Source: Moniliella sp. 'wahieum'
Taxonomy: Eukaryota
Assembly: GCA_003971905.1 (NCBI GenBank)
Contig: RSEE01000006.1
Span: 806,001-870,000, forward strand
DNA length: 64,000 nucleotides
Direction: 5' to 3'
In this document: positions 1-13,599 of the stretch, piece by piece
How positions within the stretch are numbered: the first letter of the stretch is position 1
Layout: the number at the start of each line of letters is the position of its first letter
Translations under genes and position numbers: made by a program
The notes under the pieces: model-generated
The model's database searches: none
Seen by the model: only the letters and a program-made list of their open reading frames with translations
What the model was told of the DNA's origin: nothing

Positions 1-57
1 CGGAAACCAATTCTGAGTGTGCCATGCATGAGGTAAGACAGCGAGGAGAAGGCGGTT

Positions 58-568
58 TTAGGCCACCAGCTGAATCACACCGCCCGCCTCCTTGATCTTG
101 TACTCGGCGGCAGCCGAGACAAAGCGAGCCTTGACAATGAAGGGGAGCTTGGGAAGGTTGCCCTTGGCGAGCACCTTGCCGTAGCCAGCGGCCAGGTGTC
201 AATGACAGGCACCTCGGTCGAGCTCTCCGTCAGGCCCTCGCGCGCCGAAGCCGGGACCAAGGTCCAGAGCTTGTCCAGGTTGATCACAGGGCGCCAGTAG
301 TGGTTGTCAAGCTGGTGGAAGTGGCGCATACCGACCTTACCAAAGTACCCAGGGTGGTACTTGTCAAAGTTGGTGCGGTGGTGGTGCTGACCACCGGCGA
401 GACCGCGACCACCCGGGTGCTTGCGGTGCTTGCTGTTGTCGCACGGGTCAGCGCATGCCTTGGGCCAACAGCAAAGGCAGGAAAAGAGAGAAGTACGCAC
501 CCGATACGGCCGTGACCGGAGGAAACGTGGCCACGGTGCTTGCGGGTGTTGTGCAGACGAGTGGGCAT
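58..568 (-). CDS. RPL28: 60S ribosomal protein L28 (uL15/L27a)
   Basis: [62 protein letters not shown]. Intron 500-433 (GTGCGT...GCTGAC...CAG). One frameshift near 193. Ends [13 protein letters not shown] at 58-60. Confidence 0.97.
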
Positions 569-660
569 GGCTGGTGGTGGCTTGGCTCGAGTGGGATCAG
601 GCCGAGTTGGGGCATTCAAAGGCGGCCCTGGCCGCAGGCGTTGGCCGTCGTGTTGTGCAG

Positions 661-734
661 TAGGGTTCCGCACAGGTGCACAGGGGCAGTGTGCTCCTAC
701 CGCAGCATTTTATTTTTCCAATGTAGGGTTGTCT
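661..734 (-). promoter_or_regulatory. two AACCCTA (telobox/Tbf1-like) sites upstream of RPL28
   Basis: TAGGGTT at 661-667 and 724-730. The same motif recurs upstream of RPL20 and RPS25. Confidence 0.55.
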
Positions 735-1129
735 CCCCCTCTCAGATCTTCGTGACCATGGATTCGTCTTTGGATCGTGGTATGATTCGTGGTTCTACTA
801 CCTCAGATCGACTACAGCACGGGTGACCTTCAAGCTTCACTCCGGAAAGAATCGGATGTGTTTGGATATCATATCTGGTCCATCACGGTTTACCTTTCCA
901 AGTCCAACGACAACCGTTGAGATGTGACGCATTCGGTGCGCTGTGCCCTGCGCCACCTCGATGCTACGGCAGGAATTGAGCTTGCTGGCGGAGGAAGGGG
1001 CAGGAAAGTGATCGTGCAGCCGGCCGAGCAAGATCAGGAGGGGCTGAATCGATGGCAGCTGTCGATGGCGGGTTGCCTGTTGACCGTCGGCAGGTGAGGC
1101 AGCTGGTCAAGCATCTTTTCGAATTGAAC

Positions 1130-1186
1130 GAGCGAGCTTAAATGGTTGTTCATCTCGAGCGAGCTTAAATAAGGTTGTTCATCTCT
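1130..1186. repeat. short tandem duplication (about 27 bp x2)
   Basis: GAGCGAGCTTAAAT(AA)GGTTGTTCATCTC occurs twice in tandem. Confidence 0.85.
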
Positions 1187-1467
1187 TGAGGCCTTTTAGG
1201 ACCCTGAGTCTGACTAGAGCTAGTCATATTCTTCTGCTGCATCGCCATCGAGTCATCACCAAAGCCTCAGCGATCCTTCAGGTATCGGATCTCTCATCTT
1301 CCATCTCTGAGAGGCCTGAGGGCCGGACGTGTAACAGACACGGACACTTGTTGTAGGATGCGAGATGTGAGTGGCGAGAGGCATCGATGATAGTACAGTC
1401 ATGGAAGTGGCAGCAATGCGGGGGGAGGGAGGGCAAGAGACCGGCGAAGCGGGTGCACCAACAACAT

Positions 1468-1991
1468 TTACTTCTTCAGCGTCGCTGGGTGAGCATGAGC
1501 TGGTACATCTTCCTCATGGTCCGGATTGTAGATTTGGGTGGTGGCTTCCTTGAGCTCGGCAAGCTGGGCCACCTGCTCGTCTCGACAACTGGGCAGAAAC
1601 AGGTCAGAAGCGGTCATGGGAAGAGTACGAAAACAGCCCTACCTGGTCGAGGCGGCTGAGAACCGAAATGGGATCAGCGTCCACAGCGGAAGTTGAAGTT
1701 GAAGCGCGGGGCGCCGAGTGAAGGAGCATGCCAGGGGCAGCGTATAGACCGCGCACATATGCGTTCCATTCAGCAAAGAAACGATCCAGCTGGGCGGCTG
1801 AAGCACCGGTGCGGTGGCGGCGGAACTCATCCTTCACATAGGCGTCGCCCAGCGAGCGCATCTCGGGAGCGGATAGGTAGCGGTGCACGCGCAGGACCGA
1901 GCGGTAGAGGAGCGAGCGGCACGGCCGCCGTCGGCGGCGGGAGTGGCAGAGGAGCGCCGGCGGCAGCGCGCGCAACGAGCGAGGCAAGCAT
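1468..1991 (-). CDS. SDH7: succinate dehydrogenase assembly factor 3 (LYR-motif, Acn9/Sdh7)
   Basis: LYRSVLRVHRYL..EMRSLGDAYVKDEFRRHR...QLDRFFAEWNAY. Mitochondrial presequence-like MLASLVARAA start. Intron about 1641-1590. C-terminus DEQVAQLAELKEA...KK-stop. Confidence 0.88.
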
Positions 1992-2378
1992 GGCAGGCGG
2001 AGCGGAGCGTGCCGGCGGGCGGTGGGGCGGGTGGTCGTGGCGTGGCAGCGCGGGCGGAATGGGGAGGCGGTGCGAGGGGAAGCTGGGAGGGGCCAAGGCA
2101 GCAGACACTGGCGCCGTGCGGGCTGGCTCGTGGCGCGAGTGCAACAGACCGGCTGGCACTCCGACTCAGGCCAGCCCTCGCCGAGCTAGCTCCACCCCAG
2201 CAGCGCGCTCCGCTGTCCCCCGCCACCGCCCTCGCCTTCGTCCCCGCCCTCGCCCTCGCCACGCCTCGCCTCCCCCACCGCCACCACCACCACCACCCTT
2301 ATCGGGAAAACGCCAGCCAACACGCCCCCCTCTGCTCCCGCCGACCGAGCCGCCTAGCATCAGGCCCCTCCAGTCGCC

Positions 2379-5327
<2,949 letters not shown>

Positions 5328-5776
5328 GCTCGTGGGGAACTCTGCTTTTATTCTATTGTTGCTTTTTGTTCCCCTGGCTCCATGGGGGAGACCACGAGGA
5401 GAGGGGACCTGGGCAGTAATAGTACACATAGACAATGGCCCCGTCTGGCGTCCCAGCACAAAGTAGCAGTGCTCAGGAGTTTGACCTGTCCAATGAAATC
5501 ATCTTCATCGAATACATGGCCGAGAGCTTCTTTGAGCATCTCGCCCGCCAGTAACATGCCCAATGTAATGCTGTCGGTTGCCCACTTTGGCATCCTGAGC
5601 ACGAATTGGTTGTACCGCGTCTAGCTGTAACAGCACTCCCAATCGCGTCCAGCTATAGCTGCACTCCGTGCATCCGCTGCCGCAGGCTGCCTACCGACAT
5701 CCACTGCACACTTCTTTCGTCTGGCGAGAATGCATGCTGACGACAAATGAATTGATAAAATCACACAGCGCACCTA

Positions 5777-6619
5777 CTACTGCGCCGTGTACCCGCCATC
5801 GACGAGGTACTCGGCGCCAGTGCAAACTTGGCCTCGCTGCTGGCCAAGAGAGGCACATGTTGGCAATGTCTTCCGGTTCACCTAGGTGGCCAAGAGGATG
5901 CATGTTTACAATGGTCTCGTTCATGACTTCCTCGACCATGGGTGTTTGAATAAACCTGTGTTAATCACACCGCCCTCGGGTCAGCTTCCCCGAATAAACC
6001 AAGCGCACACTCTGGGAAGGCGGAATGGAGAGGGATCTACGTACCCAGGATGAACACTGTTCACACGAATGTGTGCTTGGCTACCTCGAGCGCAATGGTC
6101 TTGGTCATCAGACGCACACCTCCTTTGGTGGCGCTGTAGGCACATGCGAAGGGAAACCCTTCAAAGCCAAGGATTGAAGACATGTTGATGATGCTTGCAC
6201 CGCCCTGAGTCGGAGGCTGGTTGGTCTTCATCAGTTCCACCGCGTGCTTGCACCCGAGGAAAACACCTGTCAAATTGACCGACAAAGTCTGGTTGAACGC
6301 CTTCAGGGCGACATGCTCAACCTCCAATTGCGGTCCCGAGATACCTGCATTGTTGACGAGAATGTCAAGGCGATGGTGACTCTGCTGGATGGTGGCCAAG
6401 GCAGCCTCCCAGTCCGATTCACTCGTGACATCGAGCTTGAGACTGGCGCTTTGCCTCCCTCTTTGACAATTGCCTCCGCAACCGCGTTGCTGTCGGTAAC
6501 GTCGGCGATCCAGACTTTGGCGCCTTGCTTGGCCAGCACCTGGCGGTCGCTTGTCCAATCCCGCTCGCAGCGCCCGTGACGAGGGCAACCTTATCGGCGA
6601 CACGGCCAGGGAACGACAT
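5777..6619 (-). CDS. classical short-chain dehydrogenase/reductase (3-alpha/20-beta-HSD-like)
   Basis: KVALVTGAASGIG, LDILVNNAGI, SIINMSS, YSATK, HPLGHLGEPEDIA, EYLVDGGYTAQ-stop. Intron about 6043-5956. Confidence 0.93.
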
Positions 6620-8885
6620 TTTTGGTGTAGAGCAGAAGTTGGGGGGGGGGAGTTGGGTAGATGCAGACAAGAGTTGCTAAGCGTGAAGCTAGGGATGCAG
6701 TGGCACATCCGCGGGGTGGAGGGGTTATATGCCCGATGCCTTCCAATGCGTGCAGAGCATAGGATGGCCCGTGCGCCACATGGCGCCCAAACGCAGTATG
6801 TGTGGCGAGACGAGAGAACTGGCGGGTGGTTGTGGCTATTAGGCCTTAATAGGCCTTGGGCCGTTAGGTTGGGCCACTCAATACTCTGTTTTGCGCCTGC
6901 AATGTAAGTTTCACGATGCAAGTAGCCTCAAGCTCAAGGCGCTTGATCGATGATCAGTCGTCCATACATTACACCACCATATACTTACAGCTAGAACCCG
7001 CCCCCTCGTGATGAATTTTTCGGCCTTTGTATCCGTGGTTTAAAGTGGGTCGACCGGCAGCTGTAGGAAGGATGCAGTAAGTGCGAAGCATTTTTGTCCT
7101 CTACGAGCTTGACATTAATAAGCGCTAAGCCCCGTAGCCCTCCGCGGTGGCGCTTGCTGCACTGGCTAGGAACGGGGCGTGGGGAAGAGCTTTTTACACA
7201 GCCTCTTCTCTCTCGTGGATCTCGCAATTCATATATTGGTCTTTTTTCTGCCGTTCTCCCGCCGCGGTTGGAAGACTTTATTATTCTTGGCTGTGAAGCT
7301 TGAAGCTTGAAGTTCGAAGAAGCTTTTTTTGCCCCACACCTTTCTCGCCGGACTTAGAAGGCCGAAGAAGAAGAGCTCAGGAGAGAGCGATGTTGGCGCA
7401 ACGATTTTGTGGCGCAGCCGTGTCGGCGCAGCGCAGTTCAATATATAATTGGTCGTGCTGCGCTGTTATCATGTTAATACTGCAACCATATCATTGACAG
7501 AGAGGTTAAGGTTGGGACAAAGAAACGCTGCGCCTAACCTGACCCGTTTATCCGGCTTATGTTGCTTTTATTGTTTGTTAGCGTCAGCCCCGTTTAAGGA
7601 ACCAGGGGAATCGCCAGGAGATCAGGACCCTTTGGGGCCCGCCATTCGTTCCCATACCCGAGAAGTGCGTGTGGATACGGATGAATATTGAATGTGGTAG
7701 ACATCCGAGCGGTGAACCATTATCGATTAATATCTCCATTATTGTGAGATCTGAGAGTCTGTATCAAATCCTTCCAGTTCCCCAGCATCTTGCCCCCTGT
7801 CTTGGTGGCATAGTATCCTCGCATCGTCAATGCCAAGGGGAAAACAGTTCTTGGGTGCGTCCCTGGCACTTGGCGTTCTTGTCACATTTCTGTTTGTTCC
7901 AGCAGCCGAAGCAGCTCTTTCTCTCGGCGTTCCAAAGGCGTCGTGGTGTTTTCATGCACCACCTTCCGGTACGCGGGCTGCGCCTCCTGCGTTCCCGAGT
8001 CGCGCAGCGTGTGGTCCACCTCCACTCCTGATCCTCTGATTGCTCCCGGCGCCATCACGCGGTGGCCAGTGCGATTGCCTTCCTCCCGCGCCTCGTCCCA
8101 TCCTCTTCCTCCACTGTGGGTTCGCTGTGGATGTGGATGTCGGGGATGGAGCGCACGAGCCGGAGAATGGACTTCCGTACTGCCTCTGTATGCAATGCAC
8201 CAAACTTGTGGACTGGGTGGAGGTGCAAGCCTGGGATGATGTGTTCAAGCGAGGACATGACGCCGCACTTGCACAACCTGCGCGTGGAGCCGCGCATGTG
8301 CAGAGCTGAAGGCCAACCTCAACCTATATACTGCTCTTGTTGGTGAGCCGCGGATGCACGGGGCAAATGGAATGGAGGAGAGCCAGGTGTGGCTGAGCGG
8401 GTTGCTTTGCTCGACCACATTGCGAGACCATCGGCTTCGTCAAGCTTCTGGAGCAGTTCTTATCGGCTCTTCTCCCACATCTCCCGGCAGCACTGTGGCT
8501 TGCTTCGTAAATGCGTTCGCCGCCGCCGCACGCGTTCCCGATGGATCAATTAACATAAGTGGTAGTAAGAGGGTCGTTGACATGGCCGGAGTACGTGCGT
8601 GGGGCGCAATGTACGAGTAAAGTGGGCTGCTGCCGCATCTTCCCATGCGGAGAGCAGGCTCATCATGAGCATGTCGAAGTGATCATCCTTGACGTACCTT
8701 GGGGTCCTCTTCGTCCCGGATGCAGATGAAGGCAACAATCTCGGCCAGGGCATCGCCCAGCTTCCCCTTCATCTGCATGGTGCGGACCAGGTGGCGCACT
8801 TGCTGTGAGTACTGTACCGCCATAGTAAGAGTCATCCTGACACGAATTGCACATTTCAACTCCGCGTTCCCCATGGGGATGCGCC

Positions 8886-8985
8886 ACATGTCACATGTGA
8901 CATCCCATGTCACAGCTCATGTCACAGCTCATGTCCCAGCCCATGTCACAGCCCATTCACATGTGATCGCACGTGTCACGTCGCA
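8886..8985. repeat. 12-bp tandem array (CATGTCACAGCY) flanked by TCACATGTGA palindromes
   Basis: cacatgtcacatgtgacatcc-catgtcacagct-catgtcacagct-catgtcccagcc-catgtcacagcc-cattcacatgtgatcgcacgtgtcacgt. Confidence 0.85.
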
Positions 8986-10059
8986 CTCCTAGTAGTGGGT
9001 GCGTCCCCCCTCGCATCAAGAGGTCCAGTCGAGGATGATATTCAATGCCTCCTCTCCACGCAGCTTCATCCCCACGGGCATTCCTAGATCCCTTCTCTCC
9101 AGCGTTACTATCCACTTCATCTACCCAGACGCCCGTTTTCCATACCCTTGGCCTCACATTGTGCTATGCAATACTATATGTTAACCACATTGTAGTTTTA
9201 AACCAATCTCATTCTTCAACGATCAACACAACAACGAAACGAAGACGAAAACAAAACGAAAACAAAGGCAGTCATTGGTCAAGGTCCTATTTACGCCCCC
9301 GCCCCCCCCGCTCCTGTGGCGGATTATCCTCTTCTCCGTTTCTTTGAAGAAGGAGGGACAACCTCCATTCTCCTCGTCTTGTGGACTTGGGCCTTGTGGT
9401 ACCATGAACGTGGAGTTGCCGGCAGGCTCAGCGCCACGCCGCCATCGTCGCTGTGGCACAGGCATTCTAACGGCAGGTAGCCATCTCCAGTGCTTACCCC
9501 ACTTCCGCCCGTAAATCATCCGTTGGCCCGCTGGCCCTTCGATGAGAGTGCCAATGCCTCCATTCCCACGGTAGCCGAGCCGGCCCAGATCGACGTATCG
9601 TGCACCATCGCGACTCCGCTTGTGGAAGTACGTTTTCCCCTCCGACATTGTTGGTGAACGCCAGAAGTCCAACAGCAGTGTAGGACGTGCCGTTAAGGAC
9701 CAAAGAATACGCACCCCCAATAGCACTGGCCAAGCGACGGTCATACTTGGCAATCAAGAAGAGAAGTCTCAAGAAGAGAAGTCCACTGATCCGATGGACA
9801 GACGTATCTGGGCCAAGTCTTCTGTCGCTTCCCGGATTGTGCCGCACAATTCCGCAAAAAGCTTGTACGACTCAGGGCATGGCCTAACTTTTCGGATGGG
9901 TGACTGGCCTGATTGGAAGGGTTAGATCAGTGGAGCAGTACAGGAGGAGAGGAGAGAGATGAAACACCTTTACCGCAACAGAAGGAGAAGCGTGGGATGG
10001 CCTTTGAAGAGCGCACATGTTCTTCGACGAACATGTTCGTGCCACAGTACCTAAACTTT

Positions 10060-12600
10060 TTCCATGCCCCCGCCGTCAACCGAGACTGAATCGGCCGACT
10101 CGCATCGACTGGTTGCGGTCACCCCTCTTCTGGTAGTCGCCAGCACTGAAGCGGCTCGCAGTGGCACCCTGCCTCGTCCCCAACAGATCGCCCGCACCGA
10201 AGTGGTCGCCCACATGTTCATCGGCCATGCCCGCATCTCGCGGGAGGGATCGCGTAGTCGTGACAAGTTCTTGTTGGACACGCTCCACTTTGCCATTGCT
10301 GGCGCTAGCGTTACGCACCGTCTGGATGTGTCGAATACTCATTTCAGTTAAAAAGGAAGCAAGAGGTACCTTTGTCCGAATGGACGATAGATACCCTGTA
10401 CCCTTGTACTGGAAGCGTCGCTCCTCTTAGACGATATGATTCCGGAGAAGGGTAGCAACCTTGTCCTTTCCCGCCGCAGGATAAACGGAGCAGTGCCTGG
10501 TGTGATCGTCCAGCATCGTGAGCATCACGGTGGCGCCAAAAGCATCTGACAGGGGGAACGTTGTCACCACCTCAACATGTAGCTTGTAGAGCGGTTAAGG
10601 GGAAGTCACGGGTTCGGCTGCCCGATGATGGGGAGCGTGGCGAGCTTTCTCGGTGGCACACACGGCAGAGAACCATTTGCTTGCCGCGCGGCGGACAACT
10701 GCGGCTGGTACCTCAAAACTGTGTCCCTTGGAGGATTCAGCCAGGCGGCCGAGTCCCATATGCCTTAGGCACCTATGAGCGTCCATAACACGCTCAAGAT
10801 CATCCTTCGGGGGTGTGGCCCGTGCAGGAAACGCGCTCGCTGTCGCCGCGGTTGGCTCCGGGGCCAACGCATGTGGCTGGTTGGGGCCCAAACGCGAGGT
10901 TGCAAAGAGTGGGCGTCGAGCACGACCTTGGCTGGCGGCGGCGTGTGCTGGTGTAAGGTGCGCATCGCCGCCGTGGGCGGGTCGGGTTCCCACGGCAGGC
11001 CGACATCGCTCGGGGCGGCCGTGGGGTGGTGGAGTCGTGGGCAGAGCGGCCAAGGCCGAAAATTGGGGCGGCTTGAGTTGCGCTGGCTGGACGGGTTTTA
11101 AAGTTTCACACTGGTGGACGTGCAACCAGTTGCGCGCGCGGCCGGCAATGCGGGCTGCGCGGACGGGCGGGTGCGTGTGGAGGAGCGCACCACTGGGTTG
11201 ACCTCCTTCCGCTAGCAACGTCACTGCTACTATGCCTTGCCTCGCCAAATGATCACTCGACAAAAGCGGGTATACCAACCCTTCCACTAGACGGCACTCT
11301 GGCAGGTAAAGGGATACAACGTCATCGTTTACGGCGCGTACCGAGACGCGAACATCACCGATGTGGTTGCACAGCACAGCGGCATGTTGGCACCATTTGC
11401 CAGCTCCACCTTTTCCCGCGTGGGCCGCACGTTCTCCACCGGCCATCCGAGTGGGACCAAAGTAGGGTCCGCTACAGAGTCCAGTAGCATTGGCGGCAAA
11501 GATCCGGGGGTGGGCTGCGGCTCGGCTCGTTCAGGTGTCATCCTGTTACGGGGCGCTCCGGTTATCTCCGGACGCTGAGCCCCGCATGTCGTAGACATCT
11601 CAGTACAACACGCGTCAGTCCGGATAGACTAGCGAGAGAGAGCCAGTCGACACCTTATCCTTGCTGCGGATATCATCCGCGGCCCGCCATGGTCGCATGG
11701 GCTTATCGGTACGATGCTTTGTGACTATTGCGTCCAGTCTTGGCAGAACCCTTACTGCTGCGCCCGACTACGCAGCGTCAGCGCCTTGGGAAGCAAGGGC
11801 TGTACATTAGTCTTACCTTTCTGGGAAGTGCCCCGCATTCTGTCCATACTTGTCATGAGGCACTCGAGGCCTGGTTCCTTCTGCTGTGGTGTATATAAGC
11901 AGCCATGTCTAAGGCTTGCTAGCTGTGGTCCTGGTCGACCATCCTGTCTATTACCGTTGGTCTCCCCGACTACCAGTTCCTCTCTCGCCCTTCCACCTTC
12001 TACCACCCTTACGCTTACGAATTTACGACTTACGTCGAGTGCACTGCAAGCCGCGGTTACTCACATCAGTAGCGCTTGCTCTTCTTTAGGACTCTGTCTG
12101 TTCCCGCCGGCTACAGCGTACCGAGTGTGGTAACGCGGCGAGGAACAGAGTAGCTCGGAGCTCCTGGACCCCTTCAGCTGGTCTAACGACCTACGTACAC
12201 GGCTCCTACCTCGGAGGGTCTGGACTGCGGCCTTTGCACGCAGGCAGCCACCCAAACTAGAGGGTCTCTCCCTAGCCTCTACACCCGCTCGGTTCAACCA
12301 GGATCTGGAGCAGGACCTAACGTACGAGCCACCGATTGACCTGTCCAAGGGTTTATACCCCTAAACTACAGGGGGGGTCCCACCTCGGGACCCCCCCGTG
12401 ACACATCCTGGACAGCGGGGGTGTAGGCCAGCAGTGTGGCCATGCACAACTCCAGGCCATTCGTCCCGGTTGCCATTCAAGTCCTCACCTCTCTACAGCC
12501 ACTGGCAGGAGCTCATCCCACAACCGATGTCCGGGTTCTCTAATAGTAATAGCCAGCGGGGGCATCCGGCTCCCAGTCGGTAGACCAGGTTCGCCTCGGT
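10060..12600 (-). mobile_element. degenerate Ty1/copia LTR retrotransposon fragment (protease, GAG-pre-integrase, integrase core; RT/RNaseH not seen)
   Basis: Protease-like LLDSVAD...VELANG...LVEGLVYPLLSSDHLARQGI (about 11490-11230). Zinc-binding-like AHRCLRH...SAVC..K (about 10790-10640). Integrase-like MLDDHTRHCSVYP and IRHIQT...SNGKVERVQQELVTTTRSL (about 10530-10230). The PR-INT order is copia-type. Multiple stops and frameshifts. The upstream boundary is a guess. Confidence 0.8.
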
Positions 12601-13162
12601 TCCATATCGGCTTCCACGCTGCTGTCCCAGCGTGTCACTGCCATCCCAGCCTGTGCCCTGCACTCTCTCCTGTGTGACTCACTGGCCCTGTGCCTAGTCC
12701 GGCCTCCTATATAGAAGCCTCTGTACCCAGACCCAACTCTGACTCTAATCCATCACCTTCTCCTCATCCGTCTGCCCGTCCGGCTCCCTATAGGCCAACA
12801 TTTTCTCCTGGCCCCCGTGTCCGGTTTGTCCTCGACACCCTCAGCGCATCTGATTCGGAAAGTATTGTTGACCTTAAAAAAGCTTTAATAATACATTTTG
12901 CGCGCGCCATCGCCATCGCCATTACAAGATCTGTCTACGGCGGAAATGGTCTGTGCGGGGTAATGGAACGGGTTGCCTATGGCGACCATTAGTGGAGACA
13001 AGGAGTTCAGCAGGGTACCCTCTTGCTGCATCGTGGTATCGATTGCAGGCAGGACCATCGATCGATAGACGATAATCGATAAAATTTAAAAACGCCCCAG
13101 TCGGAGCAGGCACCTTATTATGTGCTCCGCGCTGTTCTGCTGCGATACAGCCACAGTCAATC

Positions 13163-13171
13163 TTATCAGAT
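13163..13171 (-). promoter_or_regulatory. iron-responsive GATA element (ATCTGATAA) upstream of the HapX-like gene
   Basis: TTATCAGAT is the reverse complement of ATCWGATAA, the SreA/Fep1-type consensus. Additional GATA(A) sites at about 13065-13084. Confidence 0.6.
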
Positions 13172-13599
13172 ACGGCACCGCGTGTCGCGCGATGCGTGAT
13201 GCCAGTGTCTGCACGCTGATGCTTGCCGTCTGATGCTGGCAGGCAGCGGAATGCTTAATGCAGACGCACCAGGCGGAATTCAGCGCGCTGTCAGCGTCAA
13301 TTAACGTCATTAATTTCGATGCCTCTTCCCTCTTTGGGAGGCTCCGATGTTCAGAGCTTAGCCTGAAGCTTGGCATGTTGGCACCTCAAGTCGACTTGGC
13401 TTCACATCTGATGGTCCTTGTCGCCACTATTGCGCTGCCTGGCTGCCCCTTCCCACCACCACCGCTTTTTCTCTTCTCGGCGAGCCTGTCTCTTTTGGCC
13501 CACCGCCTGAACTTGCTCTGCCCCTGCCTGTTCGCTTGCCTTACTCGTTACCAGTGTCTCTGCCATCGGCGCCGCCGTCCCTTGGCCATCTAACGAGCC

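Noticed and set aside
388..392. Cycloheximide-resistance allele of RPL28 (CYH2)
   Set aside because: Residue 38 is the wild-type Gln (GGQHHHR).
5400..5750. Short ORFs between YAK1 and the SDR (also 16700-17250, 22100-22700, 41120-41760)
   Set aside because: No recognisable domains or splice structure; treated as intergenic or unassigned.
8886..8985. CRISPR-like array or (HVTA)n coding repeat
   Set aside because: The context is eukaryotic, there are no unique spacers or cas genes, and the short ORF has no other support.
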